Assembly: GCA_013115145.1 (NCBI GenBank)
Contig: JAAPAO010000082.1
Span: 23,492-87,491, forward strand
From: Perkinsus chesapeaki ATCC PRA-425
Lineage: Eukaryota > Protista > Perkinsozoa
Reading direction: 5' to 3'
Length of the DNA: 64,000 nucleotides
Part shown: piece after piece, positions 49,573 through 62,057 of the stretch
Numbering within the stretch: the first letter of the stretch is position 1
Layout: every line of letters starts with the position of its first letter
Notes under the pieces: model-generated
Seen by the model: only the letters and a program-made list of their open reading frames with translations
The model's database searches: none
Told to the model about the DNA's origin: nothing
Program-made: the position numbers and the translations under genes

Positions 49573-50865
49573 TTACTGGATTTTGCACTGGTTTGACAGT
49601 TCGTTGTACTGACTGATACAGTTCTTGTAACCCATTTGGCGGGAGAACTCATCACCATAATAACATCTTACCCATTCCCAGTCATGAATAACATACAATG
49701 AACCATGAATATCATAAAGGTAGTCGAATTGTTCTTGAGTGAGAATGCCATCGGAAACTGTACGAGCCTTTAACTCATTAAGCAAATCCCAAGCATATTC
49801 GATACCACCAGAGGGATCGGGATACGAATCGGTACCATAGGCACACATGGAAAGCTTCTTACAGTACTTCCCAGCCTCGCAGGAACCTTCCAACATGATG
49901 GTGATCTTAGCCTTTAGATTCTCCCATCCAGGTTGAGTACAAACTTCACATTGTTCAGTCATCATATAATTCATACGATATAAAAGATCATCTTTATAAT
50001 CTCCATCAATAGCATTACGATAAAGCATCATAGTAGCATGATCAGCATATTGCATTATATATTGAGTACCAAGAGTATTCTTTTCTCCTTCTATAGCAAA
50101 ATCAATAAATAATGATCCAGGAGCATAACCCATCTTATTAGTAACATCCTCCTTCATCTCTTGAGCCTTCAACAAAGTCTTCTTGATATCTTCGGGCTCC
50201 ATATGTTCCACATCGAAACTCAAACCGATTGGAGCAATAGCCCGCATATCATTAGCCGAAATGAAGTTCTTGAGATACTCTCCAAATGTATCTACGAACT
50301 GGGCCATACGATTGCCGTTTGAAGACTTGATGTCGCCGTAGGTCAACCAGATCCTCTCTGTGTTACCGGTGCTCTTACGCCAGTCCTTCATCCAAGGAAG
50401 GAGCTTCTCCTGGTTATGTATGCGGTCATAGTTAGTCTGATCGGCAACGTTGACGTACACATCGCCCGAATTCCATAGTTTTCCCATATCAGAGGCACCA
50501 AACTGGGTGAGACTTTTATCACCGGACCTCCAATAGTCTTGGGACCAGGAGTAAGTGCCAAATCTCACATCAGAAGTAACAGGAGGCCTCGTCGTGGCTG
50601 CAGTAGGCCTGCTTGTCGTTGGCACCGGCTTCTTAGTGGTGGTCTTATCCAAGAACTTTGTGCTGGTAGTAGGACCACTTCCACCGCAAGAGCAAGGAGT
50701 ATTAGATCCCTGACAAACGCTAGGGGTCTCGTAGTACTTGCAGTAAGAGCCAGAAACAATACTGGCACAGTACTGATCACCAGCACTGCAATCAACAGCA
50801 GCAGATGATGACACTCCCAACAGGAGCGCGCATAGAACACTGGATAAGGTACGTCGGCCAGACAT
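49573..50865 (-). CDS. Secreted GH-like TIM-barrel family member, short linker (intronless)
   Basis: Signal peptide, CSAGDQYCASIVSGSYCKYYETPSVCQGSNTPCSC and GLSFDVEH. Confidence 0.85.
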   Translation of the reverse strand: MSGRRTLSSVLCALLLGVSSSAAVDCSAGDQYCASIVSGSYCKYYETPSVCQGSNTPCSCGGSGPTTSTKFLDKTTTKKPVPTTSRPTAATTRPPVTSDVRFGTYSWSQDYWRSGDKSLTQFGASDMGKLWNSGDVYVNVADQTNYDRIHNQEKLLPWMKDWRKSTGNTERIWLTYGDIKSSNGNRMAQFVDTFGEYLKNFISANDMRAIAPIGLSFDVEHMEPEDIKKTLLKAQEMKEDVTNKMGYAPGSLFIDFAIEGEKNTLGTQYIMQYADHATMMLYRNAIDGDYKDDLLYRMNYMMTEQCEVCTQPGWENLKAKITIMLEGSCEAGKYCKKLSMCAYGTDSYPDPSGGIEYAWDLLNELKARTVSDGILTQEQFDYLYDIHGSLYVIHDWEWVRCYYGDEFSRQMGYKNCISQYNELSNQCKIQ

Positions 50866-51103
50866 AGATGCTGAACAAGAGCTTAACTGAAAGAAAGGAA
50901 TGTTTATTAACCTTCTAATTAACTCTCTTCATTATGGACCACTGTCTAGTGCTGCTGAGGCTAGCTGCTAGCGGTTGGGGACTAATGTGTAGGTAGACAG
51001 CTAGCGCGGGCCTGTGCTCAACAGGGACAATCGTTCACGGTTACGCTTGTGCGCTGGGAGCTTGTACGTGCTTTTCCTCGCTAAGTGTGATATTCGTTGT
51101 TCG

Positions 51104-51263
51104 CTGCCACCATATATTTGTGAGTTCGACTGCCACCATATATTTGTGAGTTCGACTGCCACCATATATTTGTGAGTTCGACTGCCACCATAGCTTTGTG
51201 AGTTCGTCTGCCACCATAGCTTTGTGAGTTCGACTGCCACCATAGATTTGTGTGCTCGTCTGC
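51104..51263. repeat. 26-bp minisatellite, six copies
   Basis: Unit ctgccaccatatatttgtgagttcga, head-to-tail with no spacers. Confidence 0.9.
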
Positions 51264-51698
51264 TTTTGCTTTTAACTTATCTTGCACTTGTGGTGCGATT
51301 CATGCAATGTGTGCCATCCGTAATATTAGATTGTCACTTGCCAACTGACCAACGCAAAAAAAAAATGTGTTAACGAACAACGTAGATGTATGAGGCATGC
51401 ACATCAGTTAAGTCTTGCTCACAACGCTGTACCGAAGAGACTTCATTGGTGTTTCCGGCAACGGGAGTCCTCGGCCATGTGCAGTACCACACGCGCTGGC
51501 GTAGAGGAAATCCTGAATAATAAGACTTCCTATTATACAAACAGTAAGTGCCATACATCAAGAGTGAGAGAACCTTTGTCCAAGCAATCAATGTATCCAA
51601 AAAGGACAGGCGTTTGGCAACCAAATGTCGTGGGGGCCATGCTGGCATCTCGATTGGAAGCTATCCGGTAGGCCGAGGCAAAAGCAGATAGCCCTTGC

Positions 51699-52840
51699 TC
51701 AAATTCGGTGATGGAAATCTGACAAGAGCAGAGCGGTATCAGTATGACTAAGCAGTCTCTCTAGCAGTAATCTAGGCACTGTGAAGTTCGTACTTGTTTT
51801 CGACCATGTGAATCGAACTTCGAAAATGCTGTGTGTGGCCCACCCAGCTGGCTGTCGATGAACCGACCAAACGACACGATCGCCACCTGAGGTGGTGAGT
51901 GGCTGTTGATCAGATGAGGCCAAACCTCTTTTTCCGATCCCAATAGGGCTGGCTGCACGCCTAGGGGATACTTGTGGGCCACACTGAAACGCGCTAGTGG
52001 AGTGGCCAAAGGAGACGGCGCCGATACCATGCCTGTCAGCAAAAGTCGGTGCACGGGTGGAGCTAAGATTCCTACTGAAAGGTGTCCTCGCATATGCGAC
52101 TGGCCTTGCGGCAGGTGTGAGTGGAGGTGCTGATTGTGTGAATACTGCCCTATGGCTGAGGGGGGCACTCTGTGGTCTAGGCAAAGCCCTCAGGTCCACT
52201 GTTCGAGGAGGAGCAGGCGCCGGAGGAAATGGGGCCTCCTGGGGCTTCCTTTGTTGCTCTTCAAGATCCGTCAGCTTCTAAAAGGCAGTTGCACAATCAG
52301 GGACACCCAGCATGCCGTTACTCTTCTCAAGTCCCTATTCTCCATCTCCAACGTATCCTTTTCCCTTTTGAGCTCCTCATAAGATATCTCACTCTCCTTT
52401 CTAGCTCTCATCTCTCCCAGGGCGTTCGCCAGCATCCTCTTAACTTCATTGAAATGCTACAGCGAACCGTATAAAGCCAGCAGGACAATCCTTCATCGCT
52501 TACTCCTTCCATGAGCCTGTTAATCTCCTCCTTATCAACACTTTCCCTTTTCGTGATGACCGATTCTCGAAGATCGGCGCTCGCTGCGGTAGGAACTGGA
52601 TCAGCCTTCTTCACAGGTGACACCGACACAGCCGTGGGGTTCGTCTTATTCCTCGCACTAACTGGCGGTGGAGGTTGTGCTGCCGTAGTTGCCCCTGAGA
52701 CTGGCCCCTGTAGTATTATCTTAGTCTCGCCAGTAATGCTACTCAACACCTGATAACAGCATATGGTAGGGAATTGGAAGAAGCCGGCAGCAGCCAGACA
52801 GCAGATTTTAAAGACATCGGAAGAATGCAAATAGGTTATC
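51699..52840 (-). CDS. Hypothetical coiled-coil / Pro-Ser-rich protein (multi-exon)
   Basis: Exons include EVKRMLANALGEMRARKESEISYEELKREKDTLEMENRDLRR and KLTDLEEQQRK... joined to ORF 51699-52199. Confidence 0.5.
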
Positions 52841-53099
52841 ATTTGAAAGCAACCTTCAAGATGCACGCCAAAACCAATACATTGACTCCTCTACGCCGTT
52901 ACTAACAGACTTTGGCATCGATGACATTGACAATTGCCGATCTCACTCGTTGATTATATTTTTCTATCATTCGTAGAATCAATCAACCGTATTTTACTCA
53001 AAACTAAGATCTAATTATTTTATAACATTTTCAAGTATTTCAGTCATTCAGTATTTTCCGTATCTTTTTGGCACTGTAATTGACTACAACATAAGACTT

Positions 53100-56000
53100 A
53101 GTAACCCCATCCGCTGGGCCCAGGCTTACACTAGTCTGTCTTCGGACTTGTTGTTGCTGACTTCCTCCTCCTCCTTGTGACTTCATCACTGACTGCACCG
53201 CTGCTTGTAATCGGCTGAGGTTGCGGTTCTGTGAGAGCCTGTTTGAGAACTCCCTCTGTGCCCTAAGAGAACGACAATACTACCAACGAGAGCAAGTGAC
53301 TGGACCTACTGTATGTCAGCCAAACTAGGCTCATTCCACGGGTCTTGAATCTTGCCTTCTGGTGTGGTGAAATATACTCCCGACTTCACCGCTGCAACAC
53401 CAGTGGCTCCACCTAGTTCACACAACTACACACTCACCTTGTTTGTTCATATAGCCCATAGTCACACGATGGTAGAGGTCCCGCATCATTTGGAGTCGTT
53501 CCATGAACTTAGCAAGCCCCCAATAGTAAAGGACCTTACCAAAGAAGTCCTATAAGGGAGCAACACTAAACCTACCTTCGCCTTGAACGACTGGGCTTCA
53601 TCGTTGTCATTGTTGGTCCCCTCCTCCTCGGTGTACTCCATCAATCTTATAACAATAAGGTCCTCCGCCTCAGAGTTGAACACGTCCCAAATGAGCTCGA
53701 CCTCAAACCTGCACGCATCGAGCAAAGATACCCTTGAAGCTCTCCTCACTTGAACTGTCTATTCGGTCTCAGTTCGCCTGACAGGTCATTAGCCTCGTCA
53801 ACCAAAGGGCAAGCGCTCTTCAAAACGCTAAGGAAGTTCTCCAGCTGCTCCGAAGACAACTTCATCCGCAGCTCCTCTATGTAGTGTTTGAGTTCCTGCC
53901 AGGTGAATGATACCGCTCCTCCCGGAGAGCCCCTACCTTGAAAGCGTCGCTGCTGTCATCTTCGGCCATGTCCGCTTTATATAACTGATATTCACTTTCC
54001 TCCACTCCCGTCGACCTCATTAACTACGAAACCAGCCATCTCCACCTATGGAAGGGTATGACAACGCCTACCGAGGATCTCCGGCGCATCGAAGGGCTCC
54101 TGGTGGCAACTGACTTCGGTATCATAATCCTCATCATGTGGGCTCGACCAAAGACAACTCTATCAAGATGCTTAAGTGCATGAGGAGGCTCGTCTTCAGT
54201 AAGCACCTGCCAGGGTCAGCAGCAACACTCGCGGTAACAACCCGATCCCAGCTCCTTGCCTTGCCATTCACCATCAACCTCCCACCAGCCTCCAGAGCCC
54301 CCTCCGCCAGGGTGACGATGAGCTCCTGATCCCCTCTATTTGATATGATACACAGACTCTGCGGTATAGAAAGACCATGCAGAACTATATTGCTGCTCTC
54401 GGCAGATCCAATAGTGGTGTCCTGAGCTCACATTGACAACGTATCTTTACCTCAGACCTACCTCATCCGTCTTGAGGTAGTACAACAGGCACCCAGACAG
54501 CATAGGATCTTCCGAGATGTTGAGCATGTACGGGGTGTCATGGGCTACTCCAAAGGCAGCGTTGATCTCCTTGGAGGAGAGGCCCATGTCCTCCAAAGCC
54601 TCCTCACGCAACCGAAAGATTTCCTGTGATGCCGCCAACTGAAATACATCGAACCATCCTAAATATGCGATGAGGGGCAGGCGGTAGGGAATATTAATAA
54701 ATATAAAAGTGTTAATATATTATAAATAGTATTCAATGACAACCTTTAGTGATCTCTAAGATGGCAACGTTCACCTCCCTGAGTAGGTCAACTAAGTCGA
54801 ATCATCACATATCAATTCTCCTTTCATTTATCATTGTCAGCCTACATTCACTCCTATCGTAACATGATCAATAGCTCACACTGATAGATGCAATACTGTC
54901 GTACTATTTACTATATATTTGTTTATATATACTCTTATAATAGTATGTTTAGTAAACACTTAACCCTCCTCCTGCCATCGCCACCGCCGCCCACCTGAGC
55001 ATCATAGGACTTCTTCAATTCTGAGACAAGCCTTTGCCTCTCCTCCAACTCGATACTCAATGCATCTGTCTCCGTCCCTCTGCGCTGCCCTACGCTTTGG
55101 TACTGTAGTTGGCTCCGTAAGGCGCTTATCTGCTCATCGCTTAATGCCGCCTGACATCACACTTTCCCAGCCCACCTCGTTCTGCAAACTCTTGATCTGC
55201 TCATCCTTGTGGTCTACATTAACCTTGGCAACCGTTTTGATCTTTTTAACAGACGACGCAAACCGGAGGGTCGACAAAGTCTCCTCAGCCTCCGTACTGA
55301 TCACACATTCCAATGAGACTGTCATACAACGGCCCCTCCTCCTCCTCCTCCTCACCTCGCCGGGCTGATGCAAGCTATCATGAAGGTCTTCGAGTTGCCC
55401 ACAAGAGAGTCCTTCAATAGGAAGGTGAGCTTGGATGAGCGAAAGGGTATCCATGCGGCCACTCCATTCGAGGGGACTGATGATGATGACGATGAGCTGC
55501 TACCACTGCCACTGGTTTCTGAACGACAATATGAAATCGATACCAGGCTGACAAGACTCACCAACACGGCGGGAGGAAGCATCAGAGAGCTGCTTGATAA
55601 CCATACCGAGGGCGCTAAGGCTCTGGTTAATGGCCCCGGCCTCCCTAAGGGATACAATCGCACAGAGAAGCCACCCCCAGCCACCTCGAAGAACTGCTAC
55701 CTCAGGCGCATCCCTGAAGCTCCGGACTTGACCTGTCGTTCACTACCAGCAAGATCGATGAGATTGACCCTTGAAGTGACCGTCGGACCACCTCGATGCT
55801 TGCACTGAGAGATACTAGAGCAGTGAAGGCTGCTGCTGCTGTTGCTGCTCAAGACTAACCTCAAGTTTTATTCTGAATACTGCATGGCTTCTAGAAGAAT
55901 GTGCATTCATGTTGGTAGCTCCCTCCGCCCTTCTCTTAAGGCCATCTAAACAAGGACAATATGACAGACGAAGCAGCCTCCAAGGTTGGAGGTGATAGGG

Positions 56001-58103
56001 ATTTAATCCCACTCTTGCACACCCTTGACAGGGCAACATAACTCCTGGTCGTATCATTATAATGACAGATAATGGAAGACTTCTGTACTAATAATTCTGG
56101 CGGGGAAATATCTCATATATTGCAGAGGCAAAACTAACGTAAGTATAAACAGTAAAATATAGCCATTTGTGCCCCATTGGTAAGGACATGCAGTTTCTTC
56201 GAGGCAATGCTCCAGGCAGTATAGATGTATGATGAAGAGCTACGGTAAGGCCCCTCAATTTATTACATTCAAGCATCCGTTCAATATCCTCCGCCGATCT
56301 GACAACTACTTCCGTGACATCCTTCACATAGACACCAAGCGATGGGTGCTCCATCACAGACAGGTCCTTGGCCGCCCTACACAGCAACAATCAGTGAGTG
56401 AAGGCTGGGAGGATGTCGTCTACCGGACTGACCGAGAGGGACTGCACTCTCCGATACTACTGTTTTAGAGGAAGTCGTTAAAACCCAGCGATTTCACCAA
56501 TATTTACAGGTAATTGCGGAATTTTCCGAGAGTAACGTTACGTTCAGTAGCGACCTAGTAAACTTCCATCACTACGACAGCTACATGCATAAACCGAGAC
56601 AGTATTTCTTACTCTCTTGATGCTGCCAGTAGGTCATGAAGGTGTTCATTATATATCTCCAAGTATGATACCCAAACTCGTATCTATCATTTATTATGCT
56701 ACGAGCTTAACCGTCCCCTAGCCCTACCTGTTGTAACTTCCCTCTGGCATCTGCACTGAATATAGCCTTGTTGATCCTCGGTATGATACCCTCCTCTTCA
56801 GCGTTATCACATCCAGTCATCGTATAGGACTTGCCTGAGCCAGTCTGGCCATAGGCGAATAGGCATCCATTGAACCCTTTGAGGCCTGAACACATACGAG
56901 TAGAGATCTTAACCTATTAAGTATCTTTTGGGGATATGATTCTGCCTCCTCAGGCAGCAGCGTTCGAGCTGTCCGCTGTATGGCGTCAACAGCCCCACTG
57001 CACTTTAATTGAGTTCTACAAGTCTACATCTCTGAGCTACATATCGGCGTCACACACGTGGCTTGTTCAATGTTGAACACACACCAGTAGGGATGAAGTT
57101 CTGAGTATCTTTCGAGATATGAGTAGATTATTCTAATATACTCTCCCATATTAAGAATTATAATACTTTTATCTCTGCCTTCTCAGGCAGCAGCAACCAC
57201 CGTCTAGAGCCCCACCGCACTTTAATGAAGCTATACAAGTCTATAGTTCTGAGCTATATGCGAGTATCACCGACCAATTGTGTACATTAACGTAATACGA
57301 TACGTAAGTAGTTTGTTCGCAGTTACGTACAACACTCATCGTCCTCCTCCTTCTCCCCGTTAAGGTTAGAGACCCATCCCAACCTTATTATTACAGTTCT
57401 CCACAATAGTTCGGCCAATATTATTATATACTGTATCCTGGGCGGCGTACTTAGGGTCGGTACGATCAGAACTGTCAAAGGCAAAATCGTAGGTAAAGCT
57501 TCGCTCCGTCGACGAGGATCTTTCTACCTGACAGATGGAGGAGGCTCTTAGAGTCACCACTGGTGAGTTATTGATATAAGGTGACTTATATAAGACTTGC
57601 TGAACAAGTCTGACATTAAGGTTAACGTAACTGTTAGTATCCAGAGATACCAACTAATCCGATCCTGTTACACTCCGAAAGCCCGTCCTCAAATGCACCA
57701 TTATTTTCATATATATTCTCAACAACAAACAAATTAGGGTTCCCGAAACCGCAGCGCAGTTTTCAAGCAATTCGAAAACGCACACAACGTGCTGCATATC
57801 CCCCGGAGGCAATCTTAAGAGCTCAGGTATACAGCAATGAACAAAGGGTCGTCCGAACGGTCACTTTCCTGGCCACAACAGTGTTATGTTAAGACCGCTT
57901 GGTGCTACATTTGGCGGGTATTTAATTAGTATTACAGTAAGTCTTATATCCTTATCATTCTCTACAACAACTGATGACGCTTCTCCTCCTACTCCTCTTG
58001 CAGTATCATCTTCACTGGTATTATAATGCGGATAGCTACGTAACCGCACTGCCACTCTAATGTTGTCAGCTACCCCTCCTGCAGTATTAATAGGCCGAAC
58101 CAT
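53100..58103 (-). CDS. Kinesin-3 family motor with FHA domain (multi-exon)
   Basis: [115 protein letters not shown] and DRVVFG. The 3' end is approximate. Confidence 0.9.
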
Positions 58104-58399
58104 ACAGCAGCAACAGTCCAATGGAGTAGCAAGCAGCTCCTTAATTGACAACAAGATAATCGAGCATATGTAAGAAACGTCTGGTACTCCTGAGAGCTAT
58201 ATGGTACTATTAGCAAATGATTCAGATGATGATGACCGACGGAAACGAAGAAGATGATAGGATAGCCTTTTATACCACATTATAATAATGACAAATAAAG
58301 AGTTATAATAAAACTCTATTCGGTGAGATGATGATTAACAAAAGATTCCGGTAGCTGTTTCACATCGACCATGTAGCCGTCTGCTGCGGGTGGTGGTGG

Positions 58400-60114
58400 T
58401 CACATTGGGGCTGAAGCCCTCCGAGCCTCGAGTGCTCTACCATAAATTGCTCTCGATGGCAACCAAGATATATACTCTCCAGCCACACTGTCAGCAGCTG
58501 TTATAGAGGGATATTCTGAACGTAGGAATGTTGGTTGACGCCTTATCTCCGTGGCCCTTGCCGAAGGCTGCGCTAGCTCTGCCTCGTAGGTTGCAAGCAC
58601 CTCCCACCGAGAACGGACATTATCGTGGAGGGCTTTGGTTAATGAGCTGTTCTGAAAGCAGTCATAAATAGGGACTGCTAGTTGACGAAAAAAACCCAGC
58701 TGAATCTGAAGATACGCTTTAGGGCAGTCCGGCCTGGCCGGTATCGCCTTCGGCGGCACTTTTCCAGCAGCGAAGAACAGGTCCCTTTCATGGCCAAACT
58801 CCTCCAACACCATCGCAGACCACTTTAACATAGCAGTGCGTGTGCGAGTTGGGTTACTTATATCAGCAGCGTGAAGCAGTATTGTCAGTTTGTCGCTGAT
58901 GGAGCATTTACTGTACTCGAGGCCCTTCTCAACCCACATATTGTGCAACTGCATATCTGTTCCCAAAATCATGTACTCTACTAGCTTCATATTCTCTTCG
59001 CCAATAAACTGCACAACGCCTGTCTCCCTCAAAAGCACATCGGTCTCTCGAGCATGCATTGTCTCCAACGGATGACTGTCGTTCTCCTCTCCCTCTCCGT
59101 TAAATATAGCAAACCAGTTAGAGTAGCCTGGATGTCGTAGATCATGCCCCAATGCCGCGCAGTAGGCCGTAATGGCCTTCAATGGAGGTAGGCCAGGCTC
59201 CTGTTCTGATATGAGCTCGTATAGGGCCAGAGTCACGTCAGCCGCGTGGATGGGATTGTGAAAAGGAGCGTTCTTATACCCCAATCTCGCTGCCTTCGCA
59301 TATCGTACAAGACACGCTCGTAAATCCCTGAAACGGATTACAAAATAACAACTTAACCTTTGCGGTGAAGAATTTACCCAAAAATTTCCGCTCTGCCGGT
59401 TGCCACGCACGAACAACCTTACACAGTAAAACTCTATGACAAGTAGCAACAACTGTTTTGAGGTAGACGACCTATTTAAGGGAACGAGTTTCAAAACGTA
59501 TAAAGATGCGTTATCCGGTATTCATTTCGGCCGAATGACAGCTGCGCAGGACCGAGGGCCAAGTGCACTTCTAACGTATTGCATATTCTCAATTACGTCA
59601 TATTTAACGAGCCTCGTTTTATGGCAAATCCGTCCTCTGCTCCATCTGAGAAATAGTCCGCGAAACTCAAGAGATTTGGAAATTTTTGGAAATTTTCCAG
59701 AATTTTCCTGAAGTTTCCTGGATTTTCCCGGATTTTTCCCTGCGCCGACATCACGATTTTTCACCGAGGACTGTATTGATGATGCACTCTTCAAGGATCA
59801 AATAGACAAGGAAATGGAATACGGGTAGTAGTTGCATACCTCTTCCACTCTGGCGGCTCATCTGTGATCGAATCGAGGACGTCATCGAATATTGTCATGG
59901 CAACAACCTGCATTATATCGAATCTATTGCTGAAATTTGAATCTGCATAGTCGAATATATCAAAGCCGGGCGCTAGGAAGGTAGACAGAGGCGGTAGGGA
60001 AGCCGGGGACAAAGATGGTCTAATATAATAATGACAATACGCTAGTGGTCGTATTAAAGGTGCATACCTGCTCATGACGGATGTCCCCCGTGTGGCAGTA
60101 GCACTATCGGTCAT
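58400..60114 (-). CDS. Class I cyclic-nucleotide phosphodiesterase (copy 1)
   Basis: PFHNPIHAADV, GHDLRHPG, LETMH, TDMQLH, LHAADISNP and IQLGF. It may extend to hydrophobic exon(s) near 60265-60462. Confidence 0.9.
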
Positions 60115-60880
60115 TGGAAGGATATTAATATAACTTAGACAGACTAGGCTCCATCAAACCCCTTGATGTGACATCAGAAACATGTGCGCAGCTGTTACTC
60201 ACGACACAGTGGTTGCTATAATAACGAACAGTCAAGACACTAGTATAAAATAGCCAATGCTATCTTAGAATCTTATAAAGGGGAATGTTATATTGAAGCT
60301 TGATAAAAATGTTATTGATGCATTAACATTGAGCCAGTTATACAAAACCATCCAGCTCATCCCTTTCCCACTAAAGTCCAATATAAGATTACGCACTGCC
60401 CTATACATTGCACACTTGTAGACAGCGGAACCGTATAGGTAACGAGGGAGTAAACAGAACACAGCCCTTGCTACTGCAGATGAAACTACTGAGGATACCC
60501 TACTGAGGAGGCCTCTTATACTGCTACTGCTGCTGCTGACACTAGAAAATATAGTCCAGAAAGCGTGATTGAACCCTATTGAAGGGTAGCCATAAGGGGA
60601 TGATGAGCATGATGATGATGATGACGAGGAGGAAGAGGAGCACTCTGTGAAATGAACTAGTACTTCACTAAACTAGTTTGATTACGAATACCGATTAGAG
60701 ATGATGACCAAGCTTTACAAAAGAGGAGTAGGAAAATGCATGCTTTTCATGCAGGCAAAAAGGATAATACTGTAGGAGTCAACTGACAAATAAAAAGACA
60801 TAGAATAACAACAAGCTAAAACGATTTAACGTCCTCGTTGTCGGTAACAGGAGCTGTCGCCTAGATAACCATCATCATCA

Positions 60881-62057
60881 TCACAGTGCAGTGACAGCAT
60901 AGGCTTTTATCAGAGCCTCTCTAGATTTAATATTATCATCGATATTATCCAACCATGTCCATGCACTATCACACATAGCCGCCAATAGCGGTCTTACAAA
61001 GTACTTGCTGAAGCCCAACTGCTGCTTGGCCAGTTCGACATTACTAAGTGGCCTGGATGGTAATGTTGGGGGCACTTCAAGGCCTCTATCTCGAAACAGG
61101 TCCCCCTCATGCCAGAACTCTGTGAGGCATCTTATCGACCATTGTTGCATAACTTCTCGACTACGAGCTGGGTTAGAGATATCAGCAGCGTGCAGCAAAA
61201 GGCAAAGGAGATCTTCCTTTGGCAGACAGGCCATAGACATCGCCTTCTCAACCCACATGTCATGCTGTTGCATGTCAGTAGCCATTATCATTCGATTGAT
61301 CAACTGCACCCTCTCGTCCCCCAAGACCTCCGCCATACCAGAGTCGTTGAGCATGCGTACGGCCTCTTTAGCATGCATCGTCTCCAATGGATGTGTATCG
61401 CCCTCTATACTATCAGACGTAGCTATAACGTAGCGATTAGAGAACCCTGGATGATAGACATCATGTGCCAAAGCCGCGCAATAACAAGCAAGGGCATCTA
61501 AGGGGTCTAGGTTGGGTTCGAAGATTTGCAGTAGATGGTCCAAAGCTATTGCGACATCAGATGCATGAATGACGTTATGAAAGGGGACGTCATTATACGC
61601 CTCTTGAACAAGCACAAGCCACTTGACAGCCTTTGGGTACCTGCCAAGATACCTCTAGCGCACGCGTGCAAAGCAACAAGATACCATTCTCCTTCGTCGT
61701 GGAAATCGTGGTCGTCGGTGTTCATAGCTCGTTTAAACAGGAATTGGCCAACCGATTTCAATACTTCACTGGTTGGATCACGAAGGGTGTCGACAAAATT
61801 GAAAATGTTCCAGTTGAAGTCAGTAACAGCTCTCTCAAGTTCGCTTGCCTCCAGAGACTGGCAACTGACAAAATGAAGGATAGCTTATAGCGTATCTTAC
61901 TTGCTTCAAGCTGAGATACCACCTACCCATCTGAATCCTGTGTAGATATGGATGAGACTGAACTAAGCCGTTTGGCTTTGAACACTTCACAAGTAACTGT
62001 CATGAAGTTGCCGAAACAGGATGCTGATGATGAAGTTGGAGAACAGGGCATCACCAT
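60881..62057 (-). CDS. Class I cyclic-nucleotide phosphodiesterase (copy 2)
   Basis: DFNWNIFNF, PFHNVIHASDV, AHDVYHPG, TDMQQH, LHAADISNP, EFWHEGD and QQLGF. The 5' exons are inferred. Confidence 0.9.

Noticed and set aside
51104-51263. CRISPR-like appearance of the 26-bp repeats
   Set aside because: The units are contiguous with no unique spacers, there are no cas genes, and the context is eukaryotic.
59670-59745. ggaaattttcc-type reiterations
   Set aside because: Low-complexity intronic sequence without a stable period.
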